Positions 53,901-64,000 of a stretch of 64,000 nt of DNA are shown here, piece after piece. The stretch's first letter is position 1. The number at the start of each line of letters is the position of its first letter. This DNA is from Eledone cirrhosa (taxonomy: Eukaryota). A model generated the notes under the pieces. The model was not told the DNA's origin. It did no database searches and saw only the letters and a list, made by a program, of their open reading frames with translations. Where the stretch lies: NCBI GenBank assembly GCA_964016885.1, contig CAXHJY010000096.1:1612001-1676000 (forward strand), written 5' to 3'. The translations under genes were made by a program, and so were the position numbers.

Positions 53901-56900
53901 ATAATTTGTAAAAAAAAATCAGGGGGAGATAATTTGTAAAAAAAAATCAGGGGGAGATAATTTGTAAAAAAAATGAAGGGGAGATAATTTCCAGCCGTCC
54001 AAGGGGAGATAATTTTCAGCCGTCCAAGGGGAGATAATTTCCCGCCAGCCAAGGGAAGATAATATTCAAAAAAATCAGGCGGAGATAATTTGTAAAAAAA
54101 ATCAGGGGGAGATAATTTGTAAAAAAATCAGGGGGAGATAATTTGTAAAAAAAAAAATCAGGGGGAGATAATTTTTAAAAAAAATCAGGGGGAGATAATT
54201 TGTAAAAAAAAATCAGGGGTAGATAATTTGTAAAAAAAAATCAGGGGGAGATAATTTGTAAAAAAAAATCAGGGGGAGATAATTTGTAAAAAAAATGAAA
54301 GGGGAGATAATATCCAGCCGTCCAAGGGGAGATAATTTCCAGCCGTCCAAGGGGAGATAATTTCCAGCCGTCCAAGGGGAGATAATTTCCATCCTTCCAA
54401 GGGGATATAATTTCCAGCCGTCCAAGGGGAGATAATTTCCATCCTTCCAAGGGGATATAATTTCCAGCCGTCCAAGGGGAGATAATTTTCAGCCGTCCAA
54501 GGAGAGGTAATTTCTAGCCGTCCAAGGAGAGATAATTTCCAGCCGTCCAAGGGGAGATAATTTCCAGCCGTCCAAGGGGAGATAATTTCCAGCCGTCCAA
54601 GGAGACATATTTTCCAGCCGTCCAAGGAGAGGTAATTCCTAGCCGTCCAAGGGGAGATAAATTCCAGCCTCCAAGGGGAGATAATTTCCAGCCAGCCAAG
54701 GGGAGATAATTTGTAAAAAAAATCAGGGGGAGATAATTTGTAAAAAAAATCAGGGGGAGATAATTTGTAAAAAAAAATCAGGGGGAGATAATTTGTAAAA
54801 AATAATCAGGGGGAGATAATTTGTAAAAAAAATCAAGGGGAGATAATTTCCAGCCGTCCAAGGGGAGATAATTTTCAGCCGTCCAAGGGGAGATAATTTC
54901 CCGCCAGCCAAGGGAAGATAATATTTAAAAAAATTAGGCGGAGATAATTTGTAAAAAAAATCAGGGGGAGATAATTTGTAAAAAAATCAGGGGGAGATAA
55001 TTTGTAAAAAAAATCAGGGGGAGATAATTTGTAAAAAAAATCAGGGGGAGATAATTTGTAAAAAAAAATCAGGGGGAGATAATTTGTAAAAAAAATCAAG
55101 GGGAGATAATTTCCAGCCGTCCAAGGGAAGATAATTTCCAGCCCTCCAAGGGGCTATAATTTCCAGCGTCCAAGGGGAGATAATTTCCAGCCAGCGAAGG
55201 GGAGATAATTTTTTTTAAAAAATCATTGGGAGATTTGTAAAAAAAATCAGGGGGAGATAATTTGTAAAAAAAATCAAGGGGAGATAATTTCCAGCCGTCC
55301 AAGGGGAGGTAATATCTAGCCGTCCAAGGGGAGATAATTTCCAGCCGTCCAAGGGGAGATAATTTCCAGCCGTCCAAGGGTAGATAATATCCAGCCGTCC
55401 AAGGACATATTTTCCAGCCGTCCAAGGAGAGGTAATTTCTAGCCGTCCAAGGGGAGATAAATTCCAGCCTCCAAGGTGAGATAATTTCCAGCCAGCCAAG
55501 GGGAGATAATTTGTAAAAAAATCAGGGGGAGATAATTTGTAAAAAAAATCAGGGGGAGATAATTTGTAAAAAAAAATCAGGGGGAGATAATTTGTAAAAA
55601 AAATCAGGGGGAGATAATTTGTAAAAAAAAATCAGGGGGAGATAATTTGTAAAAAAAATCAAGGGGAGATAATTTCCAGCCGTCCAAGGGGAGATAATTT
55701 CCCGCCAGCCAAAGGAAGATAATATTTAAAAAAATCAGGCGGAGATAATTTGTAAAAAAAAATCAGGGGTAGATAAATTGTAAAAAAAAATCAGGGGGAG
55801 ATAATTTGTAAAAAAAATCAGGGGGAGATAATTTGTAAAAAAAATGAAAGGGGAGATAATATCCAGCCGTCCAAGGGGAGATAATTTCCAGCCGTCCAAG
55901 GGGAGATAATTTCCAGCCGTCCAAGAGGAGATAATTTCCATCCTTCCAAGGGGATATAATTTCCAGCCGTCCAAGGGGAGATAATTTCCCGCCTGCCAAG
56001 GGAAGATAATTTTAAAAAAAATCAGGCGGAGATTGTAAAAAAAATCAGGGGGGAGATAATTTGTAAAAAAATCAGGGGGAGATAATTTGTAAAAAAAAAT
56101 CAGGGGGAGATAATTTGTAAAAAATAATCAGGGGGAGATAATTTGTAAAAAAAAATCAAGGGGAGATAATTTCCAGCCGTCCAAGGGGAGATAATTTCCC
56201 GCCAGCCAAGGGAAGATAATATTTAAAAAAATTAGGCGGAGATAATTTGTAAAAAAAATCAGGGGGAGATAATTTGTAAAAAAATCAGGGGGAGATAATT
56301 TGTAAAAAAAATCAGGGGGAGATAATTTGTAAAAAAAATCATGGGGAGATAATTTGTAAAAAAAAATCAGGGGTAGATAATTTGTAAAAAAAAATCAGGG
56401 GGAGATAATTTGTAAAAAAAAATCAGGGGGAGATAATTTGTAAAAAAAATCAAGGGGAGATAATTTCCAGCCGTCCAAGGGGAGATAATTTTCAGCTGTC
56501 CAAGGAGAGGTAATTTCTAGCCGTCCAAGGGGAGATAATTTCCATCCTTCCAAGGGGATATAATTTCCAGCCGTCCAAGGGGAGATAATTTCCCGCCAGC
56601 CAAGGGAAGATAATTTTTAAAAAAATCAGGCGGAGATTGTAAAAAAAATCAGGGGGGAGATAATTTGTAAAAAAATCAGGAGGAGATAATTTGTAAAAAA
56701 TAATCAGGGGGAGATAATTTGTAAAAAAATTCAAGGGGAGATAATTTCCAGCCGTCCAAGGGGAGATAATTTCCCGCCAGCCAAGGGAAGATAATATTTA
56801 AAAAAATTAGGCGGAGATAATTTGTAAAAAAAATCAGGGGGAGATAATTTGTAAAAAAATCAGGGGGAGATAATTTGTAAAAAAAATCAGGGGGAGATAA

Positions 56901-58199
56901 TTTGTAAAAAAAATCATGGGGAGATAATTTGTAAAAAAAAATCAGGGGTAGATAATTTGTAAAAAAAAATCAGGGGGAGATAATTTGTAAAAAAAAATCA
57001 GGGGGAGATAATTTGTAAAAAAAATCAAGGGGAGATAATATCCAGCCGTCCAAGGAGAGATAATTTAAAAAAAAAATGAGGCGGAGATAATTTGTAAAAA
57101 AAAAATCAGGGGGAGTTAATTTGTAAAAAAAAATGAGGGGGAGATAATTTGTAAAAAAAATCAAGGGGAGATAATTTCCAGCCGTCCAAGGGGAGATAAT
57201 TTTCAGCCGTCCAAGGAGAGGTAATTTCTAGCCGTCCAAGGGGAGATAATTTCCAGCCGTCCAAGGGGAGGTAATTTCCAGCCGTCCAAGGGGAGATAAA
57301 TTAAAAAAAAAATCAGGCGGAGATAATTTGTAAAAAAAATCAAGGGGAGATAATTTGCAGCCGTCCAATGGGAGATAATTTTCAGTCGTCCAAGGAGAGG
57401 TAATTTCTAGCCGTCCAAGGGGAGATAATTTCCAGCCGTCCAAGGGGAGATAATTTCCAGCCGTCCAAGGGGAGATAATTTTTTTTTAAAAATCAGGCGG
57501 AGATAATTTGTAAAAAAAATCAGGGGGAGATAATTTGTAAACAAAATCAGGGGGAGATAATTTGTAAAAAAAAATCAGGGGGAGATAATTTGTAAAAAAA
57601 ATTAGGCGTAGATAATTTGTAAAAAAAAATCAGGGGGAGATAATTTGTAAAAAAAAATCAGGGGGAGATAATTTGTTTAAAAAATCAAGGGGAGATAATT
57701 TGCAGCCGTCCAAGGGGAGATAATTTTCAGCCGTCCAAGGAGAGGTAATTTCTAGCCGTTCAAGGGGAGATAATTTCCAGCCGTCCAAGGGGAGATAATT
57801 TCCAGCCGTCCAAGGGGAGATAATTTTTTTTAAAAAATCAGGCGGAGATAATTTGTAAAAAAAAATCAGGGGGAGATAATTCGTAAAAAAAAATCAGGGG
57901 GAGATAATTTGTAAAAAAAAATCAGGGGGAGATAATTTGTAAAAAAAATCAAGGGGAGATAATTTCCAGCCGTCCAAGGGGAGGTAATATCTAGCCGTCC
58001 AAGGGGAGATAATTTCCAGCCGTCCAAGGGGAGATAATTTCCAGCCGTCCAAGGGGAGATAATTTCCAGCCGTCCAAGGAGACATATTTTCCAGCCGTCC
58101 AAGGCGAGGTAATTTCTAGCCGTCCAAGGGGAGATAAATTCCAGCCTCCAAGGGGAGATAATTTCCAGCCAGCCAAGGGGAGATAATTTGTAAAAAAAT
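44748..58199 (+). repeat. Tandem duplication, period ~6,883 bp (copy 1 44748-51315 lacks ~317 bp near 44920; copy 2 51316-58199)
   Basis: Offsets 45554/52437, 46106/52989, 47330/54213, 48852/55735 and 50345/57228 all equal 6883. Private variants CCAAAGGAAG (~48826/~55709), AATGAAGGGG (~47089/~53972) and TAATTCCCAGCCAGCCAAGTGG (~44883/~51451). Confidence 0.92.
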
Positions 58200-61100
58200 C
58201 AGGGGGAGATAATTTGTAAAAAATATCAGGGAGATAATTTGTAAAAAAAAATCAGGGGGAGATAATTTGTAAAAAAAATCAGGGGGAGATAATTTGTAAA
58301 AAAAAATCAGGGAGAGATAATTTGTAAAAAAAATCAAGGGGAGATAATTTCCAGCCGTCCAAGGGGAGATAATTTTCAGCCGTCCAAGGAGAGGTAATTT
58401 CTAGCCGTCCGAGGAGAGATAATTTCCAGCCGTCCAAGGGGAGATAATTTCCAGCCGTCCAAGGGGAGATAATTTCCAGCCCTCCAAGGAGACATATTTT
58501 CCAGCCGTCCAAGGAGAGGTAATTTCTAGCCGTCCAAGGGGAGATAAATTCCAGCCTCCAAGGGGAGATAATTTCCAGCCAGCCAAGGGGAGATAATTTG
58601 TAAAAAAATCAGGGGGAGATAATTTGCAAAAAAAATCAGGGGGAGATAATTTGTAAAAAAATCAGGGGGAGATAATTTGTAAAAAATAATCAGGGGGAGA
58701 TAATTTCCAGCCGTCGAAGGGGAGATAATTTAAAAAAAAATCAGGCGGAGGTAATTTGTAAAAAAAAATCAGGGGGAGATAATTTGTAAAAAAAAATCAG
58801 GGGGAGATAATTTGTAAAATAAATCAAGGGGAGATAATTTCCAGCCGTCCAAGGGGAGATAATTTTCAGCCGTCCAAGGGGAGATAATTTCCCGCCAGCC
58901 AAGGGAAGATAATATTTAAAAAAATCAGGCGGAGATAATTTGTAAAAAAAATCAGGGGGAGATAATTTGTAAAAAAATCAGGGGGAGATAATTTGTAAAA
59001 AAAAATCAGGGGGCGATAATTTGTAAAAAAAATCAGGGGGAGATAATTTGTAAAAAAAAATCAGGGGGAGATAATTTGTAAAAAAAAATCAGGGGGCGAT
59101 AATTTGTAAAAAAAATCAGGGGGAGATAATTTTTTTTTCAAAATCATTGGGAGATTTGTAAAAAAAATCAGGGGGAGATAATTTGTAAAAAAAATCAAGG
59201 GGAGATAATTTCCAGCCGTCCAAGGGGAGGTAATATCTAGCCGTCCAAGGGGAGATAATTTCCAGCCGTCCAAGGGTAGATAATATCCAGCCGTCCAAGG
59301 ACATATTTTCCAGCCGTCCAAGGAGAGGTAATTTCTAGCCGTCCAAGGGGAGATAAATTCCAGCCTCCAAGGGGAGATAATTTCCAGCCAGCCAAGGGGA
59401 GATAATTTGTAAAAAAATCAGGGGGAGATAATTTGTAAAAAAAATCAGGGGGAGATAATTTGTAAAAAAAAATCAGGGGGAGATAATTTGTAAAAAAAAA
59501 TCAGGGGGAGATAATTTGTAAAAAAAATCAGGGGGAGATAATTTGTAAAAAAAATCAAGGGGAGATCATTTCCAGCCGTCCAAGGGAGATAATTTTCAGC
59601 CGTCCAAGGGGAGATAATTTCCCGCCAGCCAAGGGAAGATAATATTTAAAAAAATCAGGCGGAGATAATTTGTAAAAAAAATCAGGGGGAGATAATTTGT
59701 AAAAAAATCAGGGGGAGATAATTTGTAAAAGAAAAATCAGGGGGAGATAATTTGTAAAAAAAATCAGGGGGAGATAATTTGTAAAAAAAAATCAGGGGTA
59801 GATAATTTGTAAAAAAAAATCAGGGGGAGATAATTTGTAAAAAAAATCAGAGGGAGATAATTTGTAAAAAAAATGAAAGGGGAGATAATATCCAGCCGTC
59901 CAAGGGGAGATAATTTCCAGCCTTCCAAGGGGAGATAATTTCCAGCCGTCCAAGGGGAGATAATTTCCATCCTTCCAAGGGGATATAATTTCCAGCCGTC
60001 CAAGGGGAGATAATTTCCCGCCAGCCAAGGTAAGATAATTTTTAAAAAAATCAGGCGGAGATTGTAAAAAAAATCAGGGGGGAGATAATTTGTAAAAAAA
60101 TAAGGGGGAGATAATTTGTAAAAAAAAATCAGGGGGAGATAATTTGTAAAAAATAATCAGGGGGAGATAATTTGTAAAAAAATATCAAGGGGAGATAATT
60201 TCCAGCCGTCCAAGGGGAGATAATTTCCCGCCAGCCAAGGGAAGATAATATTTAAAAAAATTAGGCGGAGATAATTTGTAAAAAAAATCAGGGGGAGATA
60301 ATTTGTAAAAAAATCAGGGGGAGATAATTTGTAAAAAAAATCAGGGGGAGATAATTTGTAAAAAAAATCATGGGGAGATAATTTGTAAAAAAAAATCAGG
60401 GGTAGATAATTTGTAAAAAAAAATCAGGGGGAGATAATTTGTAAAAAAAAATCAGGGGGAGATAATTTGTAAAAAAAATCAAGGGGAGATAATTTCCAGC
60501 CGTCCAAGGGGAGATAATTTTCAGCCGTCCAAGAAGAGGTAATTTCTAGCCGTCCAAGGGGAGATAATTTCCAGCCGTCCAAGGGGAGGTAATTTCCAGC
60601 CGTCCAAGGGGAGATAATTTTTAAAAAAAAATCAGGCGGAGATAATTTGTAAAAAAAATCAAGGGGAGATACTTTGCAGCCGTCCAAGGGGAGATAATTT
60701 TCAGTCGTCCAAGGAGAGGTAATTTCTAGCCGTCCAAGGGGAGATAATTTCCAGCCGTCCAAGGGGAGATAATTTCCAGCCGTCCAAGGGGAGATAATTT
60801 TTTTTTAAAAATCAGGCGGAGATAATTTGTAAAAAAAATCAGGGGGAGATTATTTGTAAACAAAATCAGGGGGAGATAATTTGTAAAAAAAAATCAGGGG
60901 GAGATAATTTGTAAAAAAAATCAAGGAGAGATAATTTCCAGCCGTCCAAGGGAAGATAATTTCCAGCCGTCCAAGGAGACATATTTTCCAGCCGTCCAAG
61001 GCGAGGTAATTTCTAGCCGTCCAAGGGGAGATAAATTCCAGCCTCCAAGGGGAGATAATTTCCAGCCAGCCAAGGGGAGATAATTTGTAAAAAAATCAGG

Positions 61101-64000
61101 GGGAGATAATTTGTAAAAAATATCAGGGAGATAATTTGTAAAAAAAAATCAGGGGGAGATAATTTGTAAAAAAAATCAGGGGGAGATAATTTGTAAAAAA
61201 AAATCAGGGGGAGATAATTTGTAAAAAAAATCAAGGGGAGATAATTTCCAGCCGTCCAAGGGGAGATAATTTTCAGCCGTCCAAGGAGAGGTAATTTCTA
61301 GCCGTCCGAGGAGAGATAATTTCCAGCCGTCCAAGGGGAGATAATTTCCAGCCGTCCAAGGGGAGATAATTTCCAGCCGTCCAAGGAGACATATTTTCCA
61401 GCCGTCCAAGGAGAGGTAATTTCTAGCCGTCCAAGGGGAGATAAATTCCAGCCTCCAAGGGGAGATAATTTCCAGCCAGCCAAGGGGAAATAATTTGTAA
61501 AAAAATCAGGGGGAGATAATTTGCAAAAAAAATCAGGGGGAGATAATTTGTAAAAAAAATCAGGGGGAGATAATTTGTAAAAAATAATCAGGGGGAGATA
61601 ATTTCCAGCCGTCCAAGGGGAGATAATTTAAAAAAAAATCAGGCGGAGATAATTTGTAAAAAAAAATCAGGGGGAGATAATTTGTAAAAAAAAATCAGGG
61701 GGAGATAATTTGTAAAAAAAATCAAGGGGAGATAATTTCCAGCCGTCCAAGGGGAGATAATTTTCAGCCGTCCAAGGGGAGATAATTTCCCGCCAGCCAA
61801 GGGAAGATAATATTTAAAAAAATCAGGGGGAGATAATTTGTAAAAAAAATCAGGGGGAGATAATTTGTAAAAAAAAATCAGGGGGAGATAATTTGTAAAA
61901 AAAAATCAGGGTGAGATAATTTGCAAAAAAAATCAGGGGGAGATAATTTGTAAAAAAAAATCAGGGGTAGATAATTTGTAAAAAAAAATCAGGGGGAGAT
62001 AATTTGTAAAAAAAAATCAGGGGGAGATAATTTGTAAAAAAAATCAAGGGGAGATAATTTCCAGCCGTCCAAGGAGAGATAATTTAAAAAAAAATCAGGC
62101 GGAGATAATTTGTAAAAAAAAATCAGGGGGAGATAATTTGTAAAAAAAATCAGGGGGAGATAATTTGTAAAAAAAAATCAGGGGTAGATAATTTGTAAAA
62201 AAAAATCAGGGGGAGATAATTTGTAAAAAAAAATCAGGAGGAGATAATTTGTAAAAAAAATCAAGGGGAGATAATTTCCAGCCGTCCAAGGAGAGATAAT
62301 TTTAAAAAAAATCAGGCGGAGATAATTTTTAAAAAAAATCAGGGGGAGATAATTTGTAAAAAAAAATCAGGGGGAGATAATTTGTAAAAAAAATCAAGGG
62401 GAGATAATTTCCAGCCGTCCAAGGGGAGATAATTTTCAGCCGTCCAAGGGGAGATAATTTCCCGCCAGCCAAGGGAAGATAATATTCAAAAAAATCAGGC
62501 GGAGATAATTTGTAAAAAAAATCAGGGGGAGATAATTTGTAAAAAAATCAGGGGGAGATAATTTGTAAAAAAAAAAATCAGGGGGAGATAATTTGTAAAA
62601 AAAATCAGGGGGAGATAATTTGTAAAAAAAAATCAGGGGTAGATAATTTGTAAAAAAAAATCAGGGGGAGATAATTTGTAAAAAAAAATCAGGGGGAGAT
62701 AATTTGTAAAAAAAATGAAAGGGGAGATAATATCCAGCCGTCCAAGGGGAGATAATTTCCAGCCGTCCAAGGGGAGATAATTTCCAGCCGTCCAAGGGGA
62801 GATAATTTCCATCCTTCCAAGGGGATATAATTTCCAGCCGTCCAAGGGGAGATAATTTCCATCCTTCCAAGGGGATATAATTTCCAGCCGTCCAAGGGGA
62901 GATAATTTTCAGCCGTCCAAGGAGAGGTAATTTCTAGCCGTCCAAGGAGAGATAATTTCCAGCCGTCCAAGGGGAGATAATTTCCAGCCGTCCAAGGGGA
63001 GATCATTTCCAGCCGTCCAAGGAGACATATTTTCCAGCCGTCCAAGGAGAGGTAATTCCTAGCCGTCCAAGGGGAGATAAATTCCAGCCTCCAAGGGGAG
63101 ATAATTTGTAAAAAAAATCAGGGGGAGATAATTTGTAAAAAAAATCAGGGGGAGATAATTTGTAAAAAAAATCAGGGGGAGATAATTTGTAAAAAAAAAT
63201 CAGGGGTAGATAATTTGTAAAAAATAATCAGGGGGAGATAATTTGTAAAAAAAATCAAGGGGAGATAATTTCCAGCCGTCCAAGGGGAGATAATTTTCAG
63301 CCGTCCAAGGGGAGATAATTTCCCGCCAGCCAAGGGAAGATAATATTTAAAAAAATTAGGCGGAGATAATTTGTAAAAAAAATCAGGGGGAGATAATTTG
63401 TAAAAAAAATCAGGGGGAGATAATTTGTAAAAAAAATCAGGGGGAGATAATTTGTAAAAAAAAATCAGGGGGAGATAATTTGTAAAAAAAATCAAGGGGA
63501 GATAATTTCCAGCCGTCCAAGGGAAGATAATTTCCAGCCCTCCAAGGGGCTATAATTTCCAGCGTCCAAGGGGAGATAATTTCCAGCCAGCGAAGGGGAG
63601 ATAATTTTTTTTAAAAAATCATTGGGAGATTTGTAAAAAAAATCAGGGGGAGATAATTTGTAAAAAAAATCAAGGGGAGATAATTTCCAGCCGTCCAAGG
63701 GGAGGTAATATCTAGCCGTCCAAGGGGAGATAATTTCCAGCCGTCCAAGGGGAGATAATTTCCAGCCGTCCAAGGGTAGATAATATCCAGCCGTCCAAGG
63801 ACATATTTTCCAGCCGTCCAAGGAGAGGTAATTTCTAGCCGTCCAAGGGGAGATAAATTCCAGCCTCCAAGGTGAGATAATTTCCAGCCAGCCAAGGGGA
63901 GATAATTTGTAAAAAAATCAGGGGGAGATAATTTGTAAAAAAAATCAGGGGGAGATAATTTGTAAAAAAAAATCAGGGGGAGATAATTTGTAAAAAAAAA

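Larger units (their letters stand above)
1..62000 (+). repeat. Super-repeat: 1-~18,170 recurs at 36,798-~62,000 (offset ~36.8 kb, rising to ~43.8 kb after the internal 6.9-kb duplication)
   Basis: Offsets 403/37200, 1040/37837 and 3198/39995 equal 36797; 4800/41626 and 7398/44224 equal 36826; 15938/59764, 16599/60424 and 17473/61298 equal 43825-43826. Rare variants are shared in the same order (see findings). Confidence 0.87.
1..64000 (+). repeat. Composite satellite DNA array of two monomer types (A ~27 bp, B 25 bp) sharing the core GGGGAGATAATTT; runs off both window edges
   Basis: Every line consists of TCAGGGGGAGATAATTTGT(A)n, CCAAGGGGAGATAATTTCCAGCCGT or close variants, all head-to-tail. 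No inverted copy (AAATTATCTCCCC on +) or unique insertion was seen. Confidence 0.99.

Noticed and set aside
145-63895. Numerous minus-strand ORFs of 61-204 aa (LDGWKLSPLGRLEIISPWTAGNYLP and FFYKLSPPD repeats)
   Set aside because: The reverse complement of the 25-bp B monomer has no stop in any frame, so three monomers translate to a 25-aa cycle. ORFs overlap in all frames, start mostly at TTG within the repeat, and are cut by A-tract length changes. Monomer lengths of 23-30 bp show no frame conservation.
1-64000. CRISPR-like layout (constant core plus variable segment)
   Set aside because: The variable segments are only about 12-15 bp and of two recurring types rather than unique spacers. 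There is no leader and there are no cas genes.
1-64000. Telomeric repeat (G-rich strand; 25-bp unit similar in length to some budding-yeast telomere repeats)
   Set aside because: It matches no telomere motif I recognise. Multi-kb HORs with inherited variants indicate recombinational amplification rather than telomerase synthesis. A subtelomeric location cannot be excluded.
1-64000. Sequencing artefact or adapter concatemer
   Set aside because: Hierarchical, heritable variants and conserved homopolymer lengths across copies are not expected from random artefacts. Copy number of the youngest duplications still needs read-level confirmation.
1-64000. Embedded unique sequence, transposon or inversion
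   Set aside because: I scanned the window by eye and found none. A very short insertion could have been missed.

Overview
The entire 64 kb window is one uninterrupted, single-orientation satellite DNA array. I found no unique sequence and no credible gene, RNA gene or transposon. It is built from two short monomers sharing a 13-bp core, GGGGAGATAATTT. Type A is TCAGGGGGAGATAATTTGT(A)7-11 (mostly 26-28 bp, about 30% GC) and type B is CCAAGGGGAGATAATTTCCAGCCGT (25 bp, 52% GC); there are roughly 2,400 monomers in total (64 kb / ~26 bp). Runs of A and B alternate, use stereotyped junction monomers, and are nested into higher-order repeats (HORs): a ~1.7-kb unit, a ~7-8-kb cycle, recent tandem duplications with periods of 1,966, 2,735, 7,968 and ~6,883 bp, and a ~36.8-kb super-repeat. 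Every ORF in the track is an artefact of stop-poor frames on the minus strand of the repeat. The most unusual observations are the two-letter architecture around a shared core and linker monomers in which a T-run/A-run boundary slides between copies while total length stays fixed. The organism, satellite family and function (for example centromeric) cannot be determined from the sequence alone. Boundaries were read by eye and from ORF-track offsets, so they are approximate.
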